Below are positions 17,035-26,415 of a stretch of 33,712 nt of DNA, one piece after another (the stretch's first letter is position 1; every line of letters starts with the position of its first letter). The notes beneath the pieces are model-generated. The model was not told where the DNA came from and did no database searches. It saw nothing but the letters and a program-made list of their open reading frames with translations. Both the position numbers and the translations under genes were made by a program. The DNA is from Candidatus Moanibacter sp. (GTDB taxonomy: Bacteria; Verrucomicrobiota; Verrucomicrobiia; Opitutales; UBA2987): assembly GCA_965215885.1 (NCBI GenBank), contig CBDCEW010000077.1:1-33712 (forward strand). Reading direction: 5' to 3'.

Positions 17035-20000
17035 ATGATTGCATGGTTTGCACGCAACGGGGTCGCGGCCAACCTGCTGATGCTGCTATCGATCGTCGGC
17101 GGCCTCTACGCCGTGTTCACGGTAAAGCGCGAGATGTTTCCCCAATTCTCGCTGGATACGGTTGTGGTACGGATGCCCTACCGCGGAGCGTCACCGGCGG
17201 AGATCGAAGAAGCGGTCATCATTCGAATTGAAGAAGCGATCGAGGGGATCGATGGCATTAAGGAAGTGATGTCGATCGCCCAGGAAGGCCACGCGACAAT
17301 CTCTGCCGCCATACAAAAGGGATACAACGTCACCACCATAAAGGACGAGATAAAGGCACGCGTCGATGCCATACCCTCATTTCCGGCGGAAACGGAACGG
17401 CCGATCGTGGAGGAGCTTCTAGTTGACCGTAATATCATATGGATCGCGATCTATGGTGAGGCCGACGAGAAGAATCTGAAAGTGCTGGCGGAAAAGATTC
17501 GCGATGATGTGGTCAGGATTCCGGGGATCTCTCAGGCAGAGGTGCAGGGTGTAAAAAACTATGAGATATCAATCGAGGTATCGGAGGATCAATTGCGCAA
17601 GTACGGGATCAGTTTTAGTGCGGTGGTCCGCGCGGTCCGCGCCAGCTCCCTGGACCTGCCCGGCGGCACGATCAAGGCAAGTGGCGGCGAGATACAGTTG
17701 CGCACCAAGGAACAGGCCTATACCGGTGCCGATTTTGAGAAGATTGTCCTGATTACCCATCCTGACGGAACCCGCATCTATTTGCGTGATGTGGCGAATA
17801 TCCGGGATGCCTTCGAGGATCAAGATCTCTACACCCGCTTCAATGGGCAGACCGCGACCCTCGTGAAGATCGACGAAATAGGGCGCGAGGACCCGCTTGA
17901 TATCGCCAGTAAGATCTATGCCTACGTGGAGGAGGCCAAAGGGAACTGGCTGCCCGAAGGAGTAGAAATGGTGGCCTGGGGTGATTTTTCGTTCTACCTG
18001 CAAGATCGATTGAACATGCTGCTGAAGAACGGATTTTTCGGATTCATTTTAGTGAATCTGTCCCTGGCCTGCTTCCTGCGGCCAAGTCTGGCCTTTTTTG
18101 TTGCGATCGGGATACCCGTCAGCTTCCTGGGCACATTGATGGTCGCTCCTGCGATTGGTCTCACCGTGAACCTGATTTCGCTCTTTGCCTTCATCCTGGT
18201 GCTGGGGATCGTGGTCGATGATGCCATCGTGGTCGGTGAAAGTGTCTTCACCGAATACCAGAGAAAGGGTCCGGGCACCGAGAGCGCGATCCGAGGGACT
18301 CACGCCGTGAGCATACCGGTCACTTTTGCCGTCATAACCACCATCGTGGCGTTCACACCCATCTTCGTGCTGCCGGGTTTGATCGGGAAGTTTCTGGTCG
18401 CCGTTCCACTCGTGGTGATCCCGACCCTATTGTTTTCGCTGGTGCAAAGTAAACTCGTGCTTCCCTACCATCTGTCCCTCTGCCGCGTCGGCGATAAGTC
18501 GCGACGGGATCGATTGAATCCCCTGTCACGATTTCAGCGCAGGTTTTCGGACGGCCTGGAGGCTTTTATCCATACCGAATACCGAAGATGGCTGGATTGG
18601 GCCATGAAAAACCGTTATGTGAGCCTGGCGATTTTCGTGGCGATGCTGATCATCTCTGTTGGTTTTGTATTGGGAGGTTGGGTTCGCTTTGTCTTTTTCC
18701 CGAATGTTCCCTCCGACTACATTATGGTCGAGCTCAAGATGGCCGAAGGGATTCCCTTGTCGGAGACAAGACGGGCGCTCGACCGCATCGAGAAGGCTTT
18801 GGACCAAATTTCCGAGGAAGAGATCAGCAGTGGCAAATCGGATCCGGTAAAGCATAAGGGGGTCTTTCTGGGATACTCGCCAATCAGTACCGAGTTACCG
18901 GGAGTCGCCACTACCGTTTCAGCCAGTAATGTCGGTTCGTTTTTCGTCGAATTGTCGAAGAGCGAGGTACGCGACTCCAACGCCTTCGATATTTCGAAGC
19001 GCTGGCGCGACGAAATAGGCGATGTTCCCGGAGCTCGAAAACTCACTTTCGTGGCCAATGCTTCCGGACCAACCGGACTGCCGGTCGACATCCGATTGAC
19101 CGGACCCGACTTCGAGGATCTCAAAGCAGCCGCACAACGCATTCGAAAACGCCTGGTTGAATACGTCGGTCTATACGATATCCGGGATACTTTCACGGAG
19201 AGCAAGAAGGAGATTAAGATACATCTGAAAGAAAAAGCGCGCATGCTGGGGCTGACCTCGGCCGACCTGGGCCGACAGGTGCGTCAGGGCTTTTACGGAG
19301 AGGAAGTTCAACGGGTCCAACGGGACCGGGAGGATATCAGGATCATGGTCCGCTATCCTAAAGACGAACGGATATCACTGGGCAACCTCGAGTCGATGTG
19401 GATCCGCGCTCCGAACGGCGCCGAGATCCCGATATCTGAAGTGGCGGATATCGAAGTCGGGGAAGGCTACTCGTCGATAACCCGTATCGATGGACAGCGT
19501 GTGATCAACATTCAGGCCGACGCTAACAAGGAGGTGGCCAATGTCACCGCTATTAATAATGAGCTCTATGGCGACGAGGGACCGCTTTCGGAGATTCTGG
19601 CACAGTACCCGGGAATCGTACCTGTGAAGGCGGGGGAGGCCAAGGATCTGGAGGAAACTATCCCCGTCATCCTCGGGGGGATGGTGATGGTGACAGTAGT
19701 GATCTACATGCTCTTAGCGATTCCCTTCAAGAGCTATCTTCAGCCATTGATTGTAATCGCGGTAATACCCTTCGGAATTGCAGGGGCTATCTTTGGGCAT
19801 CTTCTCACCTTTCAGGATCTCAGTATTCTCTCCTTCCTGGGGATCATCGCACTGACCGGTGTGGTGGTGAATGACTCTCTGGTCCTGGTTGATTATATCA
19901 ATCGACTGAGACGACAAGGTGCCGCCGTGAGAGAAGCGGTATGGGAAGGAGGCGTGGCACGATTTCGCCCAATATTGCTGACCTCGATAACCACCTTTGT

Positions 20001-20196
20001 CGGACTCGTTCCGATACTGTTGGAAACCAGCCTCCAGGCTCAGTTCCTGATCCCGATGGCGACATCCCTGGGTTTTGGCGTGCTTTTTGCCACGAGCATT
20101 ACGCTGATCCTCGTGCCGATTTGCTATCTGATCCTGGAAATTATCCTCGGTGTCGCGAAAGCCGGCGCCAGAACGCTGCACAGTTTGGTGCGGTGA
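17035..20196 (+). CDS. RND efflux permease (AcrB/AcrD/AcrF family)
   Basis: 1053 aa; AANLLM, IGIPVSFLG, LGIVVDDAIVVGE, GVVVNDSLV, RFRPILLTSITT, LIPMA. Confidence 0.97.
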   Translation: MIAWFARNGVAANLLMLLSIVGGLYAVFTVKREMFPQFSLDTVVVRMPYRGASPAEIEEAVIIRIEEAIEGIDGIKEVMSIAQEGHATISAAIQKGYNVTTIKDEIKARVDAIPSFPAETERPIVEELLVDRNIIWIAIYGEADEKNLKVLAEKIRDDVVRIPGISQAEVQGVKNYEISIEVSEDQLRKYGISFSAVVRAVRASSLDLPGGTIKASGGEIQLRTKEQAYTGADFEKIVLITHPDGTRIYLRDVANIRDAFEDQDLYTRFNGQTATLVKIDEIGREDPLDIASKIYAYVEEAKGNWLPEGVEMVAWGDFSFYLQDRLNMLLKNGFFGFILVNLSLACFLRPSLAFFVAIGIPVSFLGTLMVAPAIGLTVNLISLFAFILVLGIVVDDAIVVGESVFTEYQRKGPGTESAIRGTHAVSIPVTFAVITTIVAFTPIFVLPGLIGKFLVAVPLVVIPTLLFSLVQSKLVLPYHLSLCRVGDKSRRDRLNPLSRFQRRFSDGLEAFIHTEYRRWLDWAMKNRYVSLAIFVAMLIISVGFVLGGWVRFVFFPNVPSDYIMVELKMAEGIPLSETRRALDRIEKALDQISEEEISSGKSDPVKHKGVFLGYSPISTELPGVATTVSASNVGSFFVELSKSEVRDSNAFDISKRWRDEIGDVPGARKLTFVANASGPTGLPVDIRLTGPDFEDLKAAAQRIRKRLVEYVGLYDIRDTFTESKKEIKIHLKEKARMLGLTSADLGRQVRQGFYGEEVQRVQRDREDIRIMVRYPKDERISLGNLESMWIRAPNGAEIPISEVADIEVGEGYSSITRIDGQRVINIQADANKEVANVTAINNELYGDEGPLSEILAQYPGIVPVKAGEAKDLEETIPVILGGMVMVTVVIYMLLAIPFKSYLQPLIVIAVIPFGIAGAIFGHLLTFQDLSILSFLGIIALTGVVVNDSLVLVDYINRLRRQGAAVREAVWEGGVARFRPILLTSITTFVGLVPILLETSLQAQFLIPMATSLGFGVLFATSITLILVPICYLILEIILGVAKAGARTLHSLVR

Positions 20197-20219
20197 GAGG
20201 AGATCTATCACGTTCAGCA

Positions 20220-21050
20220 ATGACGACAGAGGGCCTTGAGTTCTCATATATCTCCCTTCGGGATGGAATCCGGATACATGTGGGGACTGCCGGAGATGGA
20301 GATCCAGTCCTTCTTATCCACGGTTTTACCGGATGCATTCAAGGGTGGGGCAAGTTTGTTCTGTCGGGTCTCGCCCGGACGCATCGGGTGGTCGCGGTCG
20401 ATCTTTTGGGTCACGGCGCGAGCGATACGCCATCCGATCCGAGGCGATACGCGCTGCATGAGGTAATACAGGACCTGGTCTCTGTTCTTGACTATTTCGA
20501 GGCTCAAAACCCTGCGTGGATTGGTTATTCCATGGGAGGGCGGGTAGCCCTTGGGGCAGCAGTCGAACGACCGGAAAGGGTGCGAAGTCTGGTTCTGGAA
20601 AGCGCCACGCCGGGTCTGGTGCTGGAAACTGATCAAGTCGCTCGGCGCAAAGCGGACGCAGACCTGGCACACCGCATCATGAGCCGTGGAATTGAGGACT
20701 TCGTGGAGTTTTGGACCGATCTTCCTCTGTTCGCTTCGCAGAAGCGTCTGCCGGATCGAATTCGCGAAGCGATAAGAAAGCGCCGACTTAGGAATTCGCC
20801 GGAAGGCCTGGCCGCATGTCTGGTCGGTCTCGGCACAGGTTCGCAACTGTCTTATTGGGATCGGCTCCATGAAATTCGGTCGCCAACTCTCCTCCTATCA
20901 GGGAAGGAGGATCCAAAATTCACCGCGATTACTTCGCAAATGGCAGCACTCGTACCGGATGCAGCGGCGTGCGTTATTGAGGAAGCCGGACACACCGTAC
21001 ACCTCGAACGTCCGGAGGAGTGGTTGCGAGCGGTAGGAGAGCATCTGTAA
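20220..21050 (+). CDS. menH: Alpha/beta hydrolase, MenH (SHCHC synthase)-like
   Basis: ATG 20220 after AGGAG; LIHGFTG, DLLGHG, GYSMGGR, LESATPG, W-x2-LPLFASQ, EDPKF, AGHTVHLE. Confidence 0.75.
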   Translation: MTTEGLEFSYISLRDGIRIHVGTAGDGDPVLLIHGFTGCIQGWGKFVLSGLARTHRVVAVDLLGHGASDTPSDPRRYALHEVIQDLVSVLDYFEAQNPAWIGYSMGGRVALGAAVERPERVRSLVLESATPGLVLETDQVARRKADADLAHRIMSRGIEDFVEFWTDLPLFASQKRLPDRIREAIRKRRLRNSPEGLAACLVGLGTGSQLSYWDRLHEIRSPTLLLSGKEDPKFTAITSQMAALVPDAAACVIEEAGHTVHLERPEEWLRAVGEHL

Positions 21051-21149
21051 AGGGATAGGTGCTCAGTGATTGCATATGAACTGAGACTTCAATGCTGATG
21101 CGGGTTTGCGGGCGGTTTTTTCCGTCCTTTCGACAACGGTACTTGCAGA

Positions 21150-21287
21150 TATCGTCCTCGTCCTCGGAGCTCAGAGCCTTTATCGAACGATCTATCCGAG
21201 GAATCACTCCTACGACTCTTCGATTCACTCTGATCGAGCGTCAACTTTGACTTTTGCGCCTGTTTCGAGCACGAGGACGAGAACGAA
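21150..21287. repeat. Hexamer-periodic inverted repeats (tcgtcctcgtcctcg / cgagcacgaggacgagaacga)
   Basis: Direct reading; related to the gattacgattat hexamer repeats at ~15490, 25.8-26.1 kb and 28210. Confidence 0.55.
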
Positions 21288-21383
21288 TTGTAGGAGGGCT
21301 CGGAACCCTAAATTTTCACCCCCGTTTGATCCGGCAAGCGTCAGCGCGCCGGAGGCCGCATTGACCTGAAAGTTCAATGTTAA

Positions 21384-21459
21384 AGTGGCACAGGCTTCCA
21401 GCCTGTCAGAAGTCGTGACAGATATCCACGCTATACACAGGCTGGAAGCCTGTGCCACT
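21384..21459. repeat. GTGG-type REP doublet, perfect 23-bp inverted repeat between convergent genes
   Basis: agtggcacaggcttccagcctgt (21384-21406) / acaggctggaagcctgtgccact (21437-21459). Confidence 0.88.
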
Positions 21460-21512
21460 CTGGTGTCAGAAGTTTCAGCACGCTTTGATCCGACCGCACG
21501 CCAGGGCCCGAT

Positions 21513-22361
21513 CTAATCCAACCAAGATTGCGAATTCAGGAATTCGAGGCTCCGCTGCATCCATTCATCGTGCGCGCTACTCTCCGGGGGTAAACGCAGC
21601 TTGATGGATACAGTCGTATTCTTCGGACTGGGGAGAAGCTCAGAAAGCATTGGCAGGATTGTATGGAAATCGACCGAACCCTGTCCAATTGGTCTACCCC
21701 ATATCGTAACGTCATTGGATCGGTTGGGGAAGATCCGGACGTCCTTCAAAGCCACGGCGACAGCGCGGCAAAGGGTGCTGCGCGCGGCCTCAACCGGTTC
21801 TTCGCACACCGGAAATGGATTCGCCGTGTCGAAAGCCATTTTGAGCGCCGGATGGTCCACTTTTTCCATCACCGCGATCATTTCGGCAGCGCGGTAATCC
21901 AAGTGGGCCAGCAAGCCGAGCTGAATAGATCGTTCGCCGGCCGTTTGGGCTAAGCCGGCAAGATTGTCCACCATGCGCCGTTGTTGCTCCGCCAATGGGG
22001 GTTTATGCGTAAAACGGCTGTGGATTCCACATCTTCCGAAAATCACAAGCGTGCCGACACCTCCCGACTCGGCGATGTCGAAAGCCCTTTGGGCCCGTTC
22101 GAGTAATCCCGCACTACCTCCATTCGGAGTGACGAAATCGTCGCTCCAGTATCCGATCCAGGTAATACCCAAGTCGGCCGCCTTCCTACCGACGCTTCGG
22201 GGATCATCGGATCCATCCAGTGGAAGAGATGCCTCAAGTGCCTTGAGGTCGTATTCCAGGCACCGGTCCAGGAGCCAGGGGAGGGGTTGCTCACCGGGCA
22301 GAAAGCCACCATAGGTTGGAGAGGCAAGTCCTGGAATCATGTCGGGCGCTTCCGCATACAA
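21513..22361 (-). CDS. Sugar-phosphate isomerase/epimerase-like TIM barrel (AP endonuclease 2 family) with degenerate metal site
   Basis: FDTANPF...EEP, LKD, PIGQGSVDF and overall family pattern; 5 bp downstream of the MetE-like gene. Confidence 0.75.
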   Translation of the reverse strand: MYAEAPDMIPGLASPTYGGFLPGEQPLPWLLDRCLEYDLKALEASLPLDGSDDPRSVGRKAADLGITWIGYWSDDFVTPNGGSAGLLERAQRAFDIAESGGVGTLVIFGRCGIHSRFTHKPPLAEQQRRMVDNLAGLAQTAGERSIQLGLLAHLDYRAAEMIAVMEKVDHPALKMAFDTANPFPVCEEPVEAARSTLCRAVAVALKDVRIFPNRSNDVTIWGRPIGQGSVDFHTILPMLSELLPSPKNTTVSIKLRLPPESSAHDEWMQRSLEFLNSQSWLD

Positions 22362-22366
22362 CGGAT

Positions 22367-23554
22367 TTAAGAATCAGGGTCCTTGGCTGGAGGCGGCACA
22401 AAGGCGAGACTTGGGTCCGCGGCTCGTATTTCCGCCTCGGGCAAGCCGAGTTCCTTCCTGACGATATTTGTGCCTTCCACCAGGGCGACGCACTTGTAAA
22501 AAGCGATTCGGCGTGAAAGGCCCTCACGCCCGAATCCGCAATCGGAGGTAACAATCAAGCGTTCGGGGGGGATATAGCGTAATGCTTTACGAATCAGGTC
22601 GGCGACGACTTCAGGTGGCTCCACGACGGTATTTGTGTGGCTGACGGCCCCGATGGCGACCTTCTTGTCTTCCGGAAAGTCGGCGAATAACGCCAGGTCC
22701 TTTCCACTCGTGCTGGCGCACTCGAAGGTAATGACATCCGCTTTAAGTTGGGAAAGGTGGGAAAAAGCAGCGGCGTAACTGGGTCGCTCCCAGAACATGG
22801 ACTGTTGGTTTGGATTGCCCCAGCAGGTGTGCACCCAAATTTCCGTATCGACACCCTCGACTTCGCGGTTGAAGGCTTCATTCAGAAATTCCATGTCCTC
22901 CACCGTTGTGTTTGGGTTGAGAGAGCGAAAGTGGTGCTGTGGTTCTTCGACCTGGATCACCGGGCAACCGGCGGCAGCGACGGCACGCAACTCCCGGTTA
23001 ATAATAGCAGCCAGATCGAGGATCAGCTCTCGCTCGTCTTCGTAAGCCTCGTTCCACAGCATGGTGGGGATTGTCTGGGCGCTCACGCTGCCGAATTTTA
23101 CCGGGCGTTCCGACATGCGCTGAGCGAGCTGCCAAATGGCGGAGTATTCAAGAGGCCCGTGGCCAAGCTTTTCCACAGCCGAAGGAGCCTGATACGACTC
23201 CTGAACTTCCCAGAGAATCTGCCCCGGACGAAGATCGAGCCGTTGCGACCAACCGGGTGAGGTGTCGCTGTGACCGCTCACGCCCTTGAGGCGCTCGATG
23301 GGGTAAAGGAACCACGACCTTCCACCCACGTCCTGGTCGAACCGCGCATCTCCGTCAGTTAGGACGTCGAGCCCAGCGCGCGCCTGGTCATTGAGAATAC
23401 AGGCTACGGCGTCCGAGTATTGTTCTCGAAAGACCGCGTCGGCCAGGGCGACTTTGAAAGCGCGGCCCCGCAGATTCGCTGTGTACCAGTGAGGACGCGG
23501 GTAGGAGCCAACCACGGCGGTTGCGAGCGGTTTATCTTTTGTCGCTTTAAACAT
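22367..23554 (-). CDS. Cobalamin-independent methionine synthase II family protein (stand-alone catalytic domain)
   Basis: VVGSYPRP, QARAGLDVLTDGD, IQVEEP, Zn ligands HTC / FEC / SDCGFG; no N-terminal MetE half. Confidence 0.9.
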   Translation of the reverse strand: MFKATKDKPLATAVVGSYPRPHWYTANLRGRAFKVALADAVFREQYSDAVACILNDQARAGLDVLTDGDARFDQDVGGRSWFLYPIERLKGVSGHSDTSPGWSQRLDLRPGQILWEVQESYQAPSAVEKLGHGPLEYSAIWQLAQRMSERPVKFGSVSAQTIPTMLWNEAYEDERELILDLAAIINRELRAVAAAGCPVIQVEEPQHHFRSLNPNTTVEDMEFLNEAFNREVEGVDTEIWVHTCWGNPNQQSMFWERPSYAAAFSHLSQLKADVITFECASTSGKDLALFADFPEDKKVAIGAVSHTNTVVEPPEVVADLIRKALRYIPPERLIVTSDCGFGREGLSRRIAFYKCVALVEGTNIVRKELGLPEAEIRAADPSLAFVPPPAKDPDS

Positions 23555-23675
23555 AAAGTTTCTTCCCTAAACGCAATAAATGGTGCAGTCTAATACGAAG
23601 CGAGGATATTTCGCCTGCTCCAGGGAAACTTCCTGTCCTCCTCAGCAGGTTTACGGTGAATCTCCAAATAAAACC

Positions 23676-24479
23676 ATGATAATCGATAGCCATCTTCACA
23701 TCTGGTCGGAGGACACAAAACGATATCCCCGAGACGAGACTCCATATCCGGGCTCGGTTGAGTTGCTGCTCGAGTATATGGACGAGGCCGGAGTCGATCG
23801 CGCCGTCATCGTCCTGCCCATGCACTACCACTATGATAACCGTATCCTCGCCGACACTCTGAAAGAGTATGAGGGAAAATTCGCGGGTGTCGGAGTGGTC
23901 GATCCACGCGGGCAACCCGCCGCGGACGAATTGTGCCGTCTCGTCGAAGAGGATGGTATCCGCGGGGTGAGAGTGCGGGGACCCATTGAAACTGAATGTT
24001 TCTGCAGTGCTGAAACGGATCCGCTTTGGCACCGCGCCGCTGAACTGTCGGTCCCGATTAGCCTCCTTGCGGTGCCCGAACAGGTGAAAGCGATCAGACA
24101 GATGGTCGAACGTTTTCCGGAAACGCCGGTCGTGATCGACCATTTCGCCCAAATTCCCGCCGTCGACGGTGTCGACAGCGATCCCTTCCAGACTTTTCTC
24201 GGTCTGTCTGAATTTCCCCTGGTGCACATCAAGCTGTCAGGCCTGCATTACTGGGGGGACCGTCCCTACCCCTACGACGAGGCGCACAACAACCTGCGCG
24301 CCGCCTTCAATGCCTTCGGCGCGGAACGAATTTTATGGGGATCGGATTGGCCGCACATTCTTTTCGGGGGCGGGTATATTCGCTGTTTGAATTTCGTTCG
24401 CCGCGAAATGACCTGGCTACCGGACAAAGCAAAAGTTGAAATCCTCGGAGGAACTGCGCATCGGCTCTGGTGGGGTTGA
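23676..24479 (+). CDS. Amidohydrolase_2 family metal-dependent hydrolase (lactonase-like)
   Basis: MIIDSHLHIW, GIRGVR, VVIDHF, IKLSG, RILWGSDWP; ATG 23676 is the likely start. Confidence 0.92.
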   Translation: MIIDSHLHIWSEDTKRYPRDETPYPGSVELLLEYMDEAGVDRAVIVLPMHYHYDNRILADTLKEYEGKFAGVGVVDPRGQPAADELCRLVEEDGIRGVRVRGPIETECFCSAETDPLWHRAAELSVPISLLAVPEQVKAIRQMVERFPETPVVIDHFAQIPAVDGVDSDPFQTFLGLSEFPLVHIKLSGLHYWGDRPYPYDEAHNNLRAAFNAFGAERILWGSDWPHILFGGGYIRCLNFVRREMTWLPDKAKVEILGGTAHRLWWG

Positions 24480-24526
24480 TGGGGAATGCTGGAAATCGGT
24501 CTCGTTTGGGTCAACGTGTGTAATCG

Positions 24527-24731
24527 ATCGCGGCATAAAGCCGCTCCTACAGCCTGACGGAATTTCAGGAGTCCAGAACGACTACCCGCGAGGGCACGTA
24601 GGAGCGGGTTTATCCCGCGATGGATTAAGGGGCACGATCGCTGCGTAACCGTCTTCGCTACGCTACTCCGTGTCGTGAAGTCGCTCCTACAACCTGTCAG
24701 TTCTCATCGCGGCGTGAAGCCGCTCCTACAG
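24527..24731. repeat. Cluster of four GTAG-type REPs (family B) between convergent genes
   Basis: atcgcggcataaagccgctcctac, gtaggagcgggtttatcccgcgat, an interrupted copy at 24637-24691, and atcgcggcgtgaagccgctcctac overlapping the 24726 stop. Confidence 0.85.
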
Positions 24732-25745
24732 GTTAGCGGCTCTCCTTTGTCGCTTCTTCGGACTGGCGGGTTTCCCAGTCCTCGCTGATTCGTAGATACA
24801 GTCCATCAACTGGCTCTGCACGATGCCGTTGTAGGGGGTCGTCCGAGGTTCGGCACGACCGAGGATGACGTCGATAAAGTTGTCGTCGGGAGTTTGAGGC
24901 TTTTCCGTGATCTGCGGATACTTCTGCAGGCCGTGCTGATCAAAAATCCGTATCCATTTGCCGCTCCATCCGTCGATTTCGACACGGCCGTTCTCAAAGA
25001 TTAAACCGGTGTGGCATCCACTGCTGAGGCAGTTACCGCTGATCGTCATCGAAGCAAGCACGCCGTTGGCAAATTTGACATTGATTACGGAATTGATGTC
25101 GACCTTGGTCCCGTGATTGTCAACGTAAGCGAAGACTTCCTCCACGTCCGCCTCGACACTCCAGCAAAGGCTGTTCAGAAGATGCGCGCCGGTGTCATAT
25201 GCCTGACCTCCGCCGGAAAGTGAGGGATCCTGCCGCCACATTCCCTCGGTGAAATTCATCCAGTCCTGGGTGACGTATCCGGAGACCATCTCCAGCTTTC
25301 CGAGATCACCGTTTCGGATAATTTCTCGCAGATGATAGAACTCCGGCGTGCAGGGAGTATTGTAACCGATGATCAGGATCTTCCCGGTCTCCGCAACCTT
25401 ATCCGCCAATTGGTAGGCATGGTTCAGCGACGTGACCATGGGTTTCTCCAGCAGCACATGGCAACCGGCCTCGAGCGCGGCCATGGCCTGTTCAAAGTGG
25501 AGCGTGTGCGGCGTTGAGATCATCACTGCATCCGGCTTTGTCTCGTCGAGCAACATCTGCAGATCGGTGTAGACCGCCGGATCATGACGAGTCTCGCTAA
25601 GATGCTTCTCGATGTAGATATCGACAATCTCTTCTGAGACGTCGCAGCAGGCGACTATCTCGACTTCCTTTTTGTCCTTCAGTCGCCGAGCGTGCCCACC
25701 AGAATTTCCGCCGCAGCCAATAATGGCCAATCGTATTTTTCCCAT
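24726..25745 (-). CDS. Gfo/Idh/MocA family NAD(P)-dependent oxidoreductase
   Basis: LAIIGCG, ISTPHTLH, HVLLEKP, WR-D-x2-SGGG-x2-DTGAH. Confidence 0.95.
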   Translation of the reverse strand: MGKIRLAIIGCGGNSGGHARRLKDKKEVEIVACCDVSEEIVDIYIEKHLSETRHDPAVYTDLQMLLDETKPDAVMISTPHTLHFEQAMAALEAGCHVLLEKPMVTSLNHAYQLADKVAETGKILIIGYNTPCTPEFYHLREIIRNGDLGKLEMVSGYVTQDWMNFTEGMWRQDPSLSGGGQAYDTGAHLLNSLCWSVEADVEEVFAYVDNHGTKVDINSVINVKFANGVLASMTISGNCLSSGCHTGLIFENGRVEIDGWSGKWIRIFDQHGLQKYPQITEKPQTPDDNFIDVILGRAEPRTTPYNGIVQSQLMDCIYESARTGKPASPKKRQRRAANL

Positions 25746-25777
25746 GGGCTACTCATTTGGATAAATCGCAATCGATT

Positions 25778-26133
25778 GTCGATCTTCTGTTTCTCGAATT
25801 TAGATCACGATTATGATCACGACAAACGATCTAACGGGTTCCTCACTCTCCCCATCGTGCCTCTCAATCGTGATCTCCCGTCGATCTTCTGCTTTTCGAT
25901 TTTAGATTACGATTATGATCACGACGAGGAGATCTAACGGATTTCCCTCTCCCATCGTGGCTCTCAATCGTGATCTCCAGTCGATCTTCTGTTCTTTCGA
26001 TTTTAGATTACGATGGAGGATCTAACGGGTTCCCCACTGCCATCGTGATTCATGATCGTGATCTCCGGTCGATCTTTCCTTCTTTCGAATTTAGATCACG
26101 ATTATGATCACGACGGAAGATCGCACAGTTTCC
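25778..26133. repeat. Imperfect ~100-bp tandem array (about 3.7 units), GATC-rich
   Basis: gtcgatctt at 25778, 25880, 25980, 26068; core ttagat(c/t)acgat(tatgatcacgac); tail atcgtgatctcc. Confidence 0.85.
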
Positions 26134-26415
26134 CACTATGGCCCGTGAATCGGTCACTTGTCGAGAACTGCCCGATCCGCTTCCGAGAAGTGCTCCACCG
26201 TTCGGCCGGTCTCGACGAATGTTCGTGTCAACTCCAAGACGCTGCAGTCATTGTTCTGTAGTTGCGTTTCGTCGACGTTGGCACCGAGGAATCTGTCGGA
26301 CTTTGAATTCGGAACATCGCGGAGGTTCGGATTCAACGGTGAAGGGTGCAAACCTAAGCCAAGTCCATACCGACAGCCTCCTAGGTGGAGAATATGGTCG
26401 GTCCCGCCGACCCAA

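Noticed and set aside
19941..20219. N-terminal extension of the MenH-like ORF
   Set aside because: Overlaps the RND permease in another frame; ATG 20220 fits the family length.
25778..26133. CRISPR array or replication origin
   Set aside because: Whole ~100-bp units repeat with no unique spacers; no TTATCCACA DnaA boxes or origin-linked genes seen.
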